From: Candidatus Hydrothermarchaeota archaeon
GTDB taxonomy: Archaea > CAYFZR01
Reading direction: 5' to 3'
Assembly: GCA_046760505.1 (NCBI GenBank)
Contig: JBHIEG010000002.1
Location: 32,001-96,000, forward strand
Length of the DNA stretch: 64,000 bases
Position 1 is the stretch's first letter; each line of letters begins with the position of its first letter. The notes beneath the pieces are model-generated. The model was not told the DNA's origin. It made no database searches and was given only the letters and a program-made list of their open reading frames with translations. Both the position numbers and the translations under genes were made by a program. Below, piece after piece: positions 10,390-21,918 of the stretch.

Positions 10390-11181
10390 ATGGTGGGTAA
10401 AAAAATAAGGATGGAAAGAATAACAAATAGGGAAACCGGAAATACTCTTATAGTTCCGATGGACCATGGCGTCAGTTCTGGTCCCATAAAAGGTCTGATA
10501 AATATGCCAGAAACCGTAAATAAGGTAGCAGAGGGTGGTGCAGATGCAGTACTTCTTCATAAAGGAATTGTTCCCTACGGACACCGGGGTTACGGAAGAG
10601 ACATTGGATTGATAGTGCACCTGTCAGGAAGTTCTTCTCTGAATCCCGATCCAAACCATAAAGTTCTGGTCACTACAGTAAAGAGAGCCATAAAACTGGG
10701 AGCAGATGCGGTATCGGTTCACGTTAATGTAGGAGCGGATTACGAGGGAGAGATGTTTCAAAAACTGGGTATGATCTCTGAGGAATGCGACGAGTGGGGA
10801 ATGCCTCTAATCGCTATGATGTATCCCCGAGGGAAAAAGGTCGTGGACGAGCATGAAGTGGAGGTTGTAAAGTTAGCAGCCAGAGTTGGAGCAGAATTAG
10901 GAGCAGATATAGTAAAAACAAACTATACAGGAAGTCCTGATACATTTGAAGAAGTGGTAAAAGGCTGCCCGGTCCCTGTTGTAATTGCAGGTGGGCCCAA
11001 GATGGTTACCGATAAGGACGTCCTAGAAATGGTTGCAGGTGCAATGGAGGCAGGAGCAAGGGGCGTGGCAATAGGCAGAAACATTTTTCAGCACAGAAAT
11101 CCAATTGCCATGGTGAGAGCAATAGCAAGAATAGTGCATGAAAAAGCAAGTGTAGAAGAAGTTCTTCCTTTGTTAAGGTGA
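10390..11181 (+). CDS. aroA': 2-amino-3,7-dideoxy-D-threo-hept-6-ulosonate synthase (class I aldolase)
   Basis: [20 protein letters not shown] (Schiff-base Lys), GRNIFQ; adjacent to DHQ synthase II; start reassigned to ATG 10390. Confidence 0.92.
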   Translation: MVGKKIRMERITNRETGNTLIVPMDHGVSSGPIKGLINMPETVNKVAEGGADAVLLHKGIVPYGHRGYGRDIGLIVHLSGSSSLNPDPNHKVLVTTVKRAIKLGADAVSVHVNVGADYEGEMFQKLGMISEECDEWGMPLIAMMYPRGKKVVDEHEVEVVKLAARVGAELGADIVKTNYTGSPDTFEEVVKGCPVPVVIAGGPKMVTDKDVLEMVAGAMEAGARGVAIGRNIFQHRNPIAMVRAIARIVHEKASVEEVLPLLR

Positions 11182-12275
11182 AGAGGATGAAGGAAATATG
11201 GGTTGATGTAAGAGACCTCTCGTGGGAGGAAGCAAAGCCCATCGTAACCACTTCCCTAGAAAGCGGCATAAACTGCTTTCTATCAACGCATGAATTGGTT
11301 GAAAAAATCGCTGACCTCGGAAAGGCAAGAATAGCAGTATTTGGAGAAAAATTAGATGATTTCAAGGAAACTGATATAATCATAACGGATTCAGAAGAAA
11401 TTCTAGAAGAACTCAAGGTCTTAGGTAAAGAAACAGGGTATTATGCAGAGATATTTGATAAGAAAAGTGAAAGAAAGGCTGCTAAATTGGGTCCCAAAGT
11501 GGATTATTTGCTCGTAAAAAATGAGGATTGGACAATAATTCCTTTAGAAAATTTGATTGCAGAACTACAGAAAGTTGATACAAAGATTGTAGCATGCATA
11601 AAAAATGCGGATGAAGCCAGAATAGCATTCAAAACTCTGGAAGTTGGAGTAGATGGTGTTTTAATTAAAACACCGAATTTGAATGAAATAAAAAAACTGG
11701 CAGAAACCATTCGTGAATTAACAGCCGAAAAACTTGAGTTAAAAGTAGCGAAGGTAAAAACAGTAAGGCCTGTAGGTATGGGAGACAGGGTTTGCGTGGA
11801 TACTTGCTCTTTGATGAATATAGGAGAGGGAATGCTAATAGGATCTCAAAGCAATGGACTGTTCTTGGTACACTCAGAGTCAGTCGAAAACCCTTATGTA
11901 GAGACCAGACCATTCAGGGTAAACGCAGGTCCTGTGCATGCTTACATAAAGGTCCCTGAAGAAAAAACACGTTATTTGAGCGAGTTAAAAGCAGGGGATG
12001 AGGTTCTAATCGTTGATTCTAAGGGAAATACACGTATAGCTGTGGTAGGCAGAGTAAAAATAGAAAGGAGACCTCTAATGCTAATAGAAGCAGAGGTGAA
12101 CGGTGAAATATTTAGTACACTGGTTCAAAATGCAGAGACAATAATGCTCGTAAATGAAAACGGAAATCCGGTTTCTGTTACGGATATAAAAATTGGCGAC
12201 AGGGTTTTGGTATATCTTGAAGGCTTTGGAAGGCATTTTGGTATTTCTATCGAAGAGACCTTAGTAGAACGGTGA
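11178..12275 (+). CDS. aroB': 3-dehydroquinate synthase II
   Basis: [36 protein letters not shown] and RHFG motifs. Confidence 0.95.
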   Translation: MKRMKEIWVDVRDLSWEEAKPIVTTSLESGINCFLSTHELVEKIADLGKARIAVFGEKLDDFKETDIIITDSEEILEELKVLGKETGYYAEIFDKKSERKAAKLGPKVDYLLVKNEDWTIIPLENLIAELQKVDTKIVACIKNADEARIAFKTLEVGVDGVLIKTPNLNEIKKLAETIRELTAEKLELKVAKVKTVRPVGMGDRVCVDTCSLMNIGEGMLIGSQSNGLFLVHSESVENPYVETRPFRVNAGPVHAYIKVPEEKTRYLSELKAGDEVLIVDSKGNTRIAVVGRVKIERRPLMLIEAEVNGEIFSTLVQNAETIMLVNENGNPVSVTDIKIGDRVLVYLEGFGRHFGISIEETLVER

Positions 12276-13012
12276 AAAAATTGGTGAATATCGGAGACGT
12301 AACTATAGGAGAATGCCCGGTTATATGTGCTTCCATTAAAGGAAAAGACCCTGATGAAATTCTAAGAAAAGTTGACATGGCAAACCTCTCGGATATTATA
12401 GAAATAAGATTGGACGGTTTTCCAATATCTGTTTCAGAATCAAAAAGAATGCTAAGATCTATAAAACAAAGGACTGACAAACCAATATTGATTACAAACC
12501 GTATGGAAGCCGAAGGAGGTACGTTTGCAGGTTCAGAACAAGAAAGAATAAACATAATCAAAGAGGTAAGCTTATTTGCAGATGCAATAGATATCGAACT
12601 CAGAACAGAGGAGCGCCAGAGAAAAGAAATTATAGAGATATGTAAGGAGAGAAGAAAAACTGCAATTATCTCATATCATGATATGCTGACTTCTCATTCA
12701 GTTGAGGAGATATCTCTCATATTTCATAGAATGGCAGAAACTGGAGCGAATATAGCAAAAGTTGCAGTCTTAGCAAATACATTGGAAGACGTTTTGAATC
12801 TTTTAATGGCAACTTTACAAACGAAGAGTACCCTTTCAATACCTCTTGTATCAATTCCTCTCGGGGAGAAATGGAAATTTGCCCGCCTATGCAGCGTGCT
12901 CTTTGGATCGAGCATACTTTATTGCTCGGTAGATGAATTAAGCAAAACAGCCCCAGGACAGTTAACGGTAGAAGACGCCTTTGAGATACTGAAAAGGCTA
13001 GGGTTAAGATGA
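12272..13012 (+). CDS. aroD: type I 3-dehydroquinate dehydratase
   Basis: EIRLD, TNR..EGG, DIEL, SYH, KVA and APGQ motifs. Confidence 0.93.
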   Translation: MKKLVNIGDVTIGECPVICASIKGKDPDEILRKVDMANLSDIIEIRLDGFPISVSESKRMLRSIKQRTDKPILITNRMEAEGGTFAGSEQERINIIKEVSLFADAIDIELRTEERQRKEIIEICKERRKTAIISYHDMLTSHSVEEISLIFHRMAETGANIAKVAVLANTLEDVLNLLMATLQTKSTLSIPLVSIPLGEKWKFARLCSVLFGSSILYCSVDELSKTAPGQLTVEDAFEILKRLGLR

Positions 13013-13854
13013 TTAATGGCTCCACAAAAATATTCGGAATAATTGGTTTTTCTCTGGAACATTCTCTCTCACCTCTGATGCATAATTACGTGTTTAACTA
13101 TATGAAATTAAACTGTGTTTATGTCCCTTTTCCAGTAAAAAGAGATCTGAAAAAAGCAATTATTGGATTGCACGAACTTGACGTAAAAGGAGTCAACATA
13201 ACTATCCCTTACAAAGAAGAGGTTATAAATTACATTGATGAGTTAGATGAAAAATCAAGGAAGATTGGGTCTGTTAATACAATAAAATTCACCGATAAAA
13301 AGATCGGATACAACACAGATGGCATAGGCGCTATTAAGGCACTAAAAGATGGAAATATAGAGGTAAAGGGAAAAAAAGTTATGTTGCTGGGAGCAGGTGG
13401 GGCTGCAAGATCTATAGCCTTTCAGTTGGTCTTTGAAGGTTGTTCAGATCTTTTAATATTGAACAGGACAAAAGAAAGGGGAGACAAACTGGCTCGAGAA
13501 ATAATGGAAAAAGCCGACTTTTCGTGTAAATCAATGAAATTGGACCAGAAAATTCTCTCTGAATACATTCATGATGTTGATATACTGATAAATTCAACTT
13601 CTCTGGGAATGTATCCTAATGTAAATGAATCTCCGGTTCCCAAAGAAATTCTACACGATGAACTAGTTGTATTCGATATAGTGTACAATCCATTGAAGAC
13701 CAAACTCCTCAAAGAAGCAGAGGAAATGGGAGCAAAAACCATCGATGGTCTGGGTATGTTGGTACATCAGGGAGCCGAGAGTCTTAGGATCTGGCTAGAC
13801 ATAGATCCTCCAATAGATTTAATGAAAAAGGTCCTTTTATCGCATCTTAAATAG
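13009..13854 (+). CDS. aroE: shikimate dehydrogenase
   Basis: HSLSP, NITIPYK, SVNT, NTDG, GAGGAA, DIVYNP and ML..Q motifs. Confidence 0.96.
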   Translation: MINGSTKIFGIIGFSLEHSLSPLMHNYVFNYMKLNCVYVPFPVKRDLKKAIIGLHELDVKGVNITIPYKEEVINYIDELDEKSRKIGSVNTIKFTDKKIGYNTDGIGAIKALKDGNIEVKGKKVMLLGAGGAARSIAFQLVFEGCSDLLILNRTKERGDKLAREIMEKADFSCKSMKLDQKILSEYIHDVDILINSTSLGMYPNVNESPVPKEILHDELVVFDIVYNPLKTKLLKEAEEMGAKTIDGLGMLVHQGAESLRIWLDIDPPIDLMKKVLLSHLK

Positions 13855-15147
13855 GGAGTTTATAATTTCTTCCGTCCTTCTGAACACCTCATCTCCATAA
13901 ATAGAGGGGGATACAACCCTCAGAGTTATGCTTTTCTTTCCTTCAGGAATCTGCGGACCCTTGTACTCATCTATTATCTCTACAGAGGTTACATTGGGGA
14001 TGAGAGAGAAGACATACCTTATTATCTCATTATCAGCCTTTTCTTCGACCACAAAAGAGAAATCTCTATTTTTCTTTGGAAAATTCTGGATTATCCAGTT
14101 ATTCGCATCTTCATCGCTGAGTACTTCTATGTTTGATGTTTTAAGTGTTATATCGCCTTTTTTTGTTTCTAAAATAACATTTTCCGGATCAACATGTTTT
14201 AGTTTTCCATAATGAAAATTTTTTGAATAAACATGCCTTAGAACAACGTTTTCTCCCAGCTTAGATTTCAACAATTCAAGTTCCTTATATAAAGATCTGA
14301 TTGCCTTGTCAGATCTCCTCAATGCACCTTCTACATCTCCTAATTTTCTTGCCGCTTTACTCATTTTTTCAACGAAGTCTTCTTTACGGCCTTCTATTAT
14401 GATTTTCCTTAGTGACTCGGCATTTTCAATAAATTTGGAGTGGATATCGAAGTTTCTTGGATTGTAGATCTGGATCATCGCATACATGTGAGGATCCTGA
14501 CCAACAATCCTCGCTATCATATCGAGCATCATTTGATATACTGGAGAGGCGAAACGTTTCGTGTATTCTACATCCACGTTGAGATCTCCAAGTGTGATTC
14601 CCGTAGCTATATAAACGAAATGAGTGAGCCCCTGAATGATGCTCATGATCCTGTCGTGTTCTTCTGGCGTAGTTATGTGAACTCTGGCGCCTTCTTTTTC
14701 CAAAAAACTCTTGACCCTTGGGAGCCAGATCTCAGATCTTAGGGGGGTCAATAATACAACCTGTCCTTTTAAATCAGGGGCGCTAGGACCAAACATTGGA
14801 TGGGCTGGTATCAATTCCACACTTTCTTTTGCATACTTTAGCATTGCATTTGCCGGACCCTCCTTTATGGAGGCAATATCCATCAACAAAGATCCGTCTT
14901 TCATGTGAGGAGCTATTTCTTTAATTACTTCTTCTGTAACAGAAATAGGAACAGATACAATAACTACATCGGCTTCCTTAACAGCCTCGACATTATCGGT
15001 GAAAAATTCTACTCTCATCTTTCTTGCAAATGCTTCCCCCACTTTTGCGTTCCTACCTGAGATTCTAACCTCAAAGCCTTTCTCCTTTAGAAGTTTAACC
15101 AACCATCTTCCCATTGCCCCATATCCGCCTACGATGGTTATGATCAA
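13837..15147 (-). CDS. tyrA: prephenate dehydrogenase with long C-terminal extension
   Basis: GGYGAMG, DIASIK, HPMFGP and EEHD.IM..IQGLTH motifs; about 150 extra C-terminal residues. Confidence 0.92.
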   Translation of the reverse strand: MIITIVGGYGAMGRWLVKLLKEKGFEVRISGRNAKVGEAFARKMRVEFFTDNVEAVKEADVVIVSVPISVTEEVIKEIAPHMKDGSLLMDIASIKEGPANAMLKYAKESVELIPAHPMFGPSAPDLKGQVVLLTPLRSEIWLPRVKSFLEKEGARVHITTPEEHDRIMSIIQGLTHFVYIATGITLGDLNVDVEYTKRFASPVYQMMLDMIARIVGQDPHMYAMIQIYNPRNFDIHSKFIENAESLRKIIIEGRKEDFVEKMSKAARKLGDVEGALRRSDKAIRSLYKELELLKSKLGENVVLRHVYSKNFHYGKLKHVDPENVILETKKGDITLKTSNIEVLSDEDANNWIIQNFPKKNRDFSFVVEEKADNEIIRYVFSLIPNVTSVEIIDEYKGPQIPEGKKSITLRVVSPSIYGDEVFRRTEEIINSLFKMR

Positions 15148-15968
15148 ATGTCTCCCCGCCTGTAAGATCCAAATATCTTCAACATCTCAGTTTTTGGTTT
15201 TAATTCTTCCAAGGCTTCTTTTACCTTTTTGTCTTCTCTATGACCCTCAAGATCAACAAAAAAAATGTATTCGCCCAAAACTCTTTTCGAAGGCCTCGAT
15301 TCAATCTTTGTTAGATTTATGTTTTTCAAAGCAAATGGTTCCAATGCTTTGTACAGCGATCCAGGCTTGTTTTCAAGTAGACCGAAGGCTATCGATGTTT
15401 TGTCATACCCACTTGGTTCTGAGTCCTCTTTTCCAATAATCACAAACCTAGTGAAGCTCTGATATGGAGTTGGAATGTTTTCTATCAGTATTTTAAGAGC
15501 ATATATCTCAGATGCAATGGGTGAGGCAATAGCTGCGATATTTTTGTTTTTTTCTTTAGAAACTTTTAGAGCGGCCTCTGAAGTGCTCAAAGTATTTATG
15601 AACTGACATCTTGGGAATTTTTCTCGCAAAAAATCTCTTACTTGAGCTATGGCATGGGGATGAGACAGAATAACCTCTATATCTTCTGTGTTGGCGCCTT
15701 CTTTTCCCAAAAGACAGTGGGATATCTCTATTATTATTTCTTCTTTGATCAACAAATTGCTCTTTGCCAATAGATCCAGAGTTAGGTTTACCGAACCTTC
15801 CAACGAATTTTCTAAGGGTACCAGGCCGTATTTCGCAACATCGCTCTCAACTTTCTCAAATATTGATGGAATATCATTTAAGAAAAGCAGATCTTCTTCT
15901 CTGATTCCTGCCTCCAAAGCTGCTTGATGAGCGAAACTTCCTCTTGGACCTAGGACGGCTATTATGAT
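15144..15968 (-). CDS. pheA: prephenate dehydratase with ACT domain; N-terminus extends upstream of the ORF-track TTG
   Basis: PLENSLEG, SHPHAIAQ, TRF and NLTKIESRP motifs; the upstream in-frame IIIAVLGPRGSFAHQAA is the conserved PDT N-terminus. Confidence 0.93.
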   Translation of the reverse strand: MIIAVLGPRGSFAHQAALEAGIREEDLLFLNDIPSIFEKVESDVAKYGLVPLENSLEGSVNLTLDLLAKSNLLIKEEIIIEISHCLLGKEGANTEDIEVILSHPHAIAQVRDFLREKFPRCQFINTLSTSEAALKVSKEKNKNIAAIASPIASEIYALKILIENIPTPYQSFTRFVIIGKEDSEPSGYDKTSIAFGLLENKPGSLYKALEPFALKNINLTKIESRPSKRVLGEYIFFVDLEGHREDKKVKEALEELKPKTEMLKIFGSYRRGDI

Positions 15969-16050
15969 GGATCCCCCTTCAATGATTAGGTTTATGATTT
16001 ATAAAGTATTTTTATGAATATCTGTTTTTCATGCCAGAGGGATCGACGAT

Positions 16051-16347
16051 ATGGCTAAGTTCAAGTATCTGAAAAGGGGTGTGAAAAGAAAACACAGGGT
16101 CATAGAGGGGTTACTTCCAATACTTGAAGAGATAGCAAGCATAGATGGAGTAAGCAAAGTTATCCCGGCAGAAATATCTTACTCTCCACTGAGAAAAGCC
16201 AGATCTCCCTCAATTAAAATCACGAGAGAGACAAAATCAGGGTTTAAGTTACTTGCGCATAGCAAGGGTTCTATTCAAGAAGTATTTGTTGTGGTTGAAG
16301 GAAAAAAGGAAGATGTGAGAAATAAAATTGAATCCATGAATTTATAA
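16051..16347 (+). CDS. DUF2103-like small basic protein
   Basis: KH.VI.GL...LE.IA..DGV.KVIP and G.KLLA...GSIQEVFVV pattern. Confidence 0.7.
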   Translation: MAKFKYLKRGVKRKHRVIEGLLPILEEIASIDGVSKVIPAEISYSPLRKARSPSIKITRETKSGFKLLAHSKGSIQEVFVVVEGKKEDVRNKIESMNL

Positions 16348-16365
16348 AATCAGTTGGTTCAACTT

Positions 16366-16836
16366 TTATATTTCTTCAACAAGCTCTTTCCTTGGATAGA
16401 AAAATATTACCATCGTTATCATCCAAATTAGGGTAAATGTCAGTGAAATTTTCAAAGAGGCTTCTCTTGGCAGAGTTTTGGATATGAATCTCGCGAATCC
16501 AAAGAAGATGAGAAAAGAAATGGATAGGTTAAATGGATTAAACAGGTCATCAGACTTTTTCTTTGACATTGATACGCCGTCAATGATCCAGAGCAATCCT
16601 ATTGCCAGAAGAATCGGAAAGAATACAGATTCGCTAAATATCCCTATGAAATATATTAAAGAGCCGATTCCAACAGATACCATCCAGAGATTTTCGATGT
16701 ACCAGTTGAAGGCAAGAATTGAGCTAAATCCTCCAATTAACAGGAGAAATGCAGTAAAAACTTCTCCAAGTTTGGAGAAGTGATAAAAGAATGCCAATCC
16801 TGCTATACCCAAGATCAAGGACTCAGGTCTCTTCAT
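16366..16836 (-). CDS. membrane protein, unknown function
   Basis: 156 aa, almost entirely hydrophobic segments. Confidence 0.7.
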   Translation of the reverse strand: MKRPESLILGIAGLAFFYHFSKLGEVFTAFLLLIGGFSSILAFNWYIENLWMVSVGIGSLIYFIGIFSESVFFPILLAIGLLWIIDGVSMSKKKSDDLFNPFNLSISFLIFFGFARFISKTLPREASLKISLTFTLIWMITMVIFFYPRKELVEEI

Positions 16837-17228
16837 ATTATTACCTTTTTAAAGTTATCTTGCGTGTCTAAGCCTTAATTTTCTTCTTACTTAAATAAAT
16901 TTTCATTTTCACATCACTATTTGGATTTTTTCAGAGCAACGATAAGCCTTTATTTTTTAAATAAAAATCTAATACTTCTTAGATATTAAATTCAAACCTG
17001 AATATTTATTTGATATAATATTCCAAATGGTAAAATGATTTTTTAAGTCGCTTCTTTACCCCAAACTTTTTATATGAGAAATAATATATAGAACTCAATG
17101 CAAGGATCTAAAGCATTACTTTTACCTGTAATTCGGCTCTATGTATTGACTAAATCTAACCATCTTCTCACTGAAGGTGTATGACCAGTGTCAGAAGATT
17201 TTTGACATGTTAGGAGGTAAAACAGAAT

Positions 17229-18773
17229 ATGGAAGGCACGATTGCTTACGAACTTGCAAAGAAACAGAAGGAAATAAGCGTATCCGAATTTTTCTCAAAA
17301 AACAGAGCAATGCTGGGCTTTGATAACCCGCAGAAAGCATTGTTTATAAGCGTGAAAGAAGCGGTAGATAACTCTCTTGATGCGTGCGAGGAGGCTAAAA
17401 TACTTCCAGACATAATTGTTAAAGTAAGTGAAGTTAAAAATGGGCTCTACAGTGTATGTGTAGAGGACAATGGTCCTGGAATTCTGCCTGAACAGATTCC
17501 TCTGATATTCGGCAAGTTACTATACGGTTCAAGGTTTCATACCCGAAAACAAACGAGGGGGCAACAAGGAATAGGAATTTCAGGCGCTGTCCTGTACTCA
17601 AACCTCACGACAGGTCATGGTGCGATCGTAGAATCTTCTATAGGAAAGGGAAAACCGACCTACAAGTTTGAGGTGTCTGTAGATCTGCACAAGAATCAGC
17701 CACGTTTCAAAAAATTAAATGAATCCTTTAATTCTAGAGCCCATGGAACAAGAATCGAGATACTCGTTAAAGGTGCTTACAGGAGAGGAGAGAGATCAAT
17801 AGATTCTTATATAGAACAAACCGTCACCGCTAATCCTTGGCTAACGCTCACTTATATAAATCCGGAGGGAAAGAAGGTAGTGTATCAACGTTCATCTAAC
17901 CAGCTACCTCCAGAACCCAAGGAAATACCCATACACCCTCACGGCATAGATGTTGGGGAGTTAATGCTTCTTTTAAGATTAAGCAGTCACAAAAAATTGA
18001 GGTCGTTCCTAATAGAAACTTTTAGCAGGATAAGTACTACGAGCGTAGAAAAAATAGGTGCAATATCCGGAGTTAATCTAAGTAAAAAACCTTCTAAGAT
18101 AGATTTAGAGGAGGCGAAAAGATTAGTAAGTGCTTTCAAAAAAATAAAATTCATACGCCCTCCTACAGATTGTTTGTCCCCCATAGGACCAGATCTTATT
18201 GAAAAAGGTATTTTAAGAGTTCATGATGTAGATTTTGTTGCAAAAAGTATTCGTGAACCCACCGTATATTCTGGGAACCCGTTTTTGATTGAGTGCGGAC
18301 TCGGCTATGGTGGAGAACTTCCCAGAGAAAACAGAGTAAAAATATTGAGGTTCGCAAACCGGGTTCCACTACTTTATCAGGAAGGGGCGGATGTAATTAC
18401 TCACACGATAGAAAAAATTGACTGGCGAAAATATGGGCTAAATCAGCCAGGTGGAAAGGGCATTCCCCATGGACCTGCCTTAATTATGGTGCATGTTGCA
18501 AGCGTTTACGTACCATTTACATCAGAAGCCAAGGAAGCGATAGGAAATATAACAGAAATAGCAAAGGAGATCAGACTCGGGCTTCAGGAATGCGGTAGAC
18601 AACTCAGAATTTATCTGAGCAAGAAGAGAAGAGAGGAAAAACTTAAAGAGAGAGCAGATTGGGTCAGGGAATATGTTCCTTTAATACTCCAAAAAGCCGC
18701 TGAAATTACAGGGGAAGAGGCACCAGATCCAACTCCGATTATTCATAGAATTTTGGGGAGACCACTCGAATGA
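17229..18773 (+). CDS. top6B: DNA topoisomerase VI subunit B
   Basis: GHKL motifs [28 protein letters not shown]; RFANRVPL; [10 protein letters not shown]. Confidence 0.97.
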   Translation: MEGTIAYELAKKQKEISVSEFFSKNRAMLGFDNPQKALFISVKEAVDNSLDACEEAKILPDIIVKVSEVKNGLYSVCVEDNGPGILPEQIPLIFGKLLYGSRFHTRKQTRGQQGIGISGAVLYSNLTTGHGAIVESSIGKGKPTYKFEVSVDLHKNQPRFKKLNESFNSRAHGTRIEILVKGAYRRGERSIDSYIEQTVTANPWLTLTYINPEGKKVVYQRSSNQLPPEPKEIPIHPHGIDVGELMLLLRLSSHKKLRSFLIETFSRISTTSVEKIGAISGVNLSKKPSKIDLEEAKRLVSAFKKIKFIRPPTDCLSPIGPDLIEKGILRVHDVDFVAKSIREPTVYSGNPFLIECGLGYGGELPRENRVKILRFANRVPLLYQEGADVITHTIEKIDWRKYGLNQPGGKGIPHGPALIMVHVASVYVPFTSEAKEAIGNITEIAKEIRLGLQECGRQLRIYLSKKRREEKLKERADWVREYVPLILQKAAEITGEEAPDPTPIIHRILGRPLE

Positions 18774-19849
18774 AAGAAGAAGAAGTAATAACTAGACTCT
18801 TAAGCTTGCCGAAAAAATTAATCGACCAAGGAAGGGAAGTAAAGATACCCCATCTCAGACTGCCATCCAGAACGAAAGGAAATATTATATTCGACGAAAA
18901 ATTTAGGGTCTGGGTTTATGGAAATAAACTTACTACAAGAAGTGCAAAGAAAAAAGACGAAGCAATAGGGATACTCAAAACATTGTACGTCATAGACTTC
19001 TTTAAAAATCAAATAGAAACAGGAAAATCATCTACTCTAAGAGAATTGTATTATATATCTGAGAACTGGGGAAAACTGATAAGGTTCAACGAACAACAAG
19101 AAAGCGACAAGCTTATAGAAGATATCGAAATAATGCTTCATCTCCAAAGAGAAGATTTTAAAATGTATCCTGAAGAAGACGGGGCCAGCGTCCTTGGAAA
19201 TCTTAGAATCAGGGAGCCTACTAATCGAGGTATCAGAGAAATCCACTGTATAGATGATGTAGGTGAGACTGGATACGCGATACCCACAAACGTGGATAAA
19301 CTAGAGTTCTTAGATTATGATGCTGATTTTGTCATAGCGGTAGAAACCGGAGGCATGTTTATGAGGCTAAGAGAGGAAAAATTCGATGAGAAATTTCGAT
19401 CAATCCTAGTTCATTTAAAAGGCCAACCTGCTAGAGCCACAAGAAGATTTTTGAGGAGACTTAACACAGAACTGGGATTGCCTGTAGTGGTATTCACAGA
19501 TTGCGATCCTTGGTCATTCAGAATTTATGCCTCCCTGGCATATGGTGCCATAAAGACCGCTCACTTGAGCGAATATCTCGCTACTCCAAACGCGGTGTTT
19601 TTGGGAGTAAAGCCCAGCGATATAGTTGAGTACGATCTTCCAACGGATAAGCTCAAAGAACAGGATATAAACGCTCTGGAATCGGAATTAGAAGATCCTA
19701 GATTTCAAACTGAGTTCTGGGAAAGAGAAATTAAACTTCAGTTAGAGTTAGGGAAGAAATCTGAGCAGCAGGCACTAGCGAAATACGGTCTTAGCTACGT
19801 CGTTGAAGAATATTTGCCAAATGAACTTTCGAAGATCGGAATAATTTAA
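18770..19849 (+). CDS. top6A: DNA topoisomerase VI subunit A
   Basis: STLRELYY (catalytic Tyr), AVETGG, KGQP, TDCDPW TOPRIM and EQQAL motifs. Confidence 0.97.
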   Translation: MKEEEVITRLLSLPKKLIDQGREVKIPHLRLPSRTKGNIIFDEKFRVWVYGNKLTTRSAKKKDEAIGILKTLYVIDFFKNQIETGKSSTLRELYYISENWGKLIRFNEQQESDKLIEDIEIMLHLQREDFKMYPEEDGASVLGNLRIREPTNRGIREIHCIDDVGETGYAIPTNVDKLEFLDYDADFVIAVETGGMFMRLREEKFDEKFRSILVHLKGQPARATRRFLRRLNTELGLPVVVFTDCDPWSFRIYASLAYGAIKTAHLSEYLATPNAVFLGVKPSDIVEYDLPTDKLKEQDINALESELEDPRFQTEFWEREIKLQLELGKKSEQQALAKYGLSYVVEEYLPNELSKIGII

Positions 19850-19890
19850 ATGTTATTTTTTCATGTAACATTCCTTCAAGGGTTGATTGG

Positions 19891-21543
19891 ATGCCGGTCA
19901 TATCCTTCAGGTACGATGAACTGATAGAGGCTCTGGGAAAAGATTTTCCCCTAACTTACCTTATTGAAAAGATTCCCATGTTAGGTAGCGACATAGAGGA
20001 CTACGACGAAAACAAAATAGACATAGAACTTTTTCCAAACAGACCAGATCTCTATAGTTTAGAAGGATTGGTTCTTGCACTAAAAGGTTTTTTTGAGATT
20101 GAAACTGGTTTGCCTGTATTTAATACAAAAATGAGTAATATAGAAGTAGAAGTTGATCCGAGTGTAAATGAAGTGCGCCCCTACATCGTTTGCGGCATTG
20201 TAAAGGGACTTAATCTCACGGACAGAGAGATAGAAAGACTCATAGAGTTTCAGGAAGATTTACACTGGGCTATCGGAAGAGATAGGAGTAAAGCATCCAT
20301 TGGAATTCACGATCTGGATAAGGTAAAGCCTCCATTTAAATACCATGCGATAAATCCTGAAGAAATAAGTTTTGTCCCATTAGATATGGAAGAGGAAATG
20401 AACCTTGAGGAGATACTTAGATATCATCCGAAAGGAATTGAATACAGGCATATAGTCATGTCTCATTCGAGATACCCCATAATCACAGATATAAATCATG
20501 ATGTACTGTCTTTCCCACCCATTATAAACGGTGAATTAACTAGAGTGACAGAGGAAACAAAAAATATATTTATAGATATCACAGGCACGGATTTCAGGGC
20601 AATAGAGAATGCATTAAAAATTTTGATAACTTCTTTCCACGAGAAAGGAGAAATCTACAGTCTAAAAATAATCTATCCTGAGAAAGAGATTATTACTCCG
20701 GATCTTAGTCCTACAGAAATGACCTTATCTAAAGATTTTGTTAAAGATCTGTTAGGCAAAGAATTTGAAATGGATGAGATCAAGCATGCCCTAGAAAAGA
20801 TGAGGTATGGCTGTACTATCGAGAAAGATATGGTAAAGGTTAAGATACCTTGTTATCGTGTGGACATACTTCATCCAGTGGATATCGTTGAAGACGTTGC
20901 TATTGGCTATGGATACGAGAAGTTCTCCGAGAAACTACCTGAAACAATGACATTCGGGGAAAAACATCCGGTGGAAGAAATATCAGAGGATGTTAGAGAA
21001 CTCATGATATCTCTAGGCTTTCAGGAGGTAATGACCCTATCCCTAACAAACGAGGCAGATCACTATGAGAAGATGAATCTTAAAAAATGTGAATCGGTAG
21101 AGATAGAAAACCCTGTTACAGAAGAACATACAATAGTGAGGACTTCTCTCTTGCCTAATCTAATGGAGCAACTGAAGTTGAATAAAAGATTTGATCTTCC
21201 TCAGAGGATATTTGAGATTGGTGATGTCGTATTGTTAGGTGAAACGGAAACTGGGGGAGTTAATGTAAGAAAGGTGTGCGGAGTAACGATTCATCCAAAA
21301 TCAAACTTCTCTGAAATAAAGTCTGTTGTGATAACCTTGCTGGATAATCTTGGAGTAGATTATCGTATTGAACCTCGTGTTCATGGTTCCTTCATAAATG
21401 GAAGATGTGCAAAGATTATATCGAATGAAAGAGAAATAGGTGTATTCGGTGAAATACATCCAAAAGTTATCGTAAACTATGGGCTTGCACATCCTGTGGT
21501 GGGATTTGAGATTTCAATTGAAGATCTGAGGGAAATAATATGA
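19891..21543 (+). CDS. pheT: phenylalanyl-tRNA synthetase beta subunit (archaeal type)
   Basis: PNRPDL, QEDLH..IGRDR, SFPPIING, RVDILHPVDIVED and GEIHP motifs. Confidence 0.96.
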   Translation: MPVISFRYDELIEALGKDFPLTYLIEKIPMLGSDIEDYDENKIDIELFPNRPDLYSLEGLVLALKGFFEIETGLPVFNTKMSNIEVEVDPSVNEVRPYIVCGIVKGLNLTDREIERLIEFQEDLHWAIGRDRSKASIGIHDLDKVKPPFKYHAINPEEISFVPLDMEEEMNLEEILRYHPKGIEYRHIVMSHSRYPIITDINHDVLSFPPIINGELTRVTEETKNIFIDITGTDFRAIENALKILITSFHEKGEIYSLKIIYPEKEIITPDLSPTEMTLSKDFVKDLLGKEFEMDEIKHALEKMRYGCTIEKDMVKVKIPCYRVDILHPVDIVEDVAIGYGYEKFSEKLPETMTFGEKHPVEEISEDVRELMISLGFQEVMTLSLTNEADHYEKMNLKKCESVEIENPVTEEHTIVRTSLLPNLMEQLKLNKRFDLPQRIFEIGDVVLLGETETGGVNVRKVCGVTIHPKSNFSEIKSVVITLLDNLGVDYRIEPRVHGSFINGRCAKIISNEREIGVFGEIHPKVIVNYGLAHPVVGFEISIEDLREII

Positions 21544-21821
21544 AAACGCCAACGAAGATTAGTGTTTCGGTAGAAGAATCTGAGGTAATTCCTGTAAAGG
21601 CAGGGGGAAAGCATACTGGAGAAGAATTGATAGTGATTAGATCAATAACCAGAGTTGGAGATATTGAGGCAACAGTAAAGAGACCGATTGCCATAAAGGA
21701 CAAGGAAAACAGGATCATACCTTTGGACGTAAAACTAGAAGCATTGGAATTGATACTACATGATATGAGGGAGAGATGCCTCCAGATTTTAGAGGAAAGA
21801 AGGGCCTCCAAGAAATCATGA
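21540..21821 (+). CDS. hypothetical protein
   Basis: 93 aa ORF with ATGA overlap to the pheT stop. Confidence 0.6.
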   Translation: MKTPTKISVSVEESEVIPVKAGGKHTGEELIVIRSITRVGDIEATVKRPIAIKDKENRIIPLDVKLEALELILHDMRERCLQILEERRASKKS

Positions 21822-21918
21822 GTTTATATAATTCCATTATCAAAAAATTTATATCATTGATATTGTTTGTAAATGATTGATCAAATGATGGAAAAGATGT
21901 CAGGGAGGTGAATGGTAG

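Noticed and set aside
10390-15968. Convergent aro and pheA-tyrA clusters with an 18-nt 3' overlap as a novel system
   Set aside because: A known archaeal pathway, and short convergent overlaps are common throughout this compact genome.
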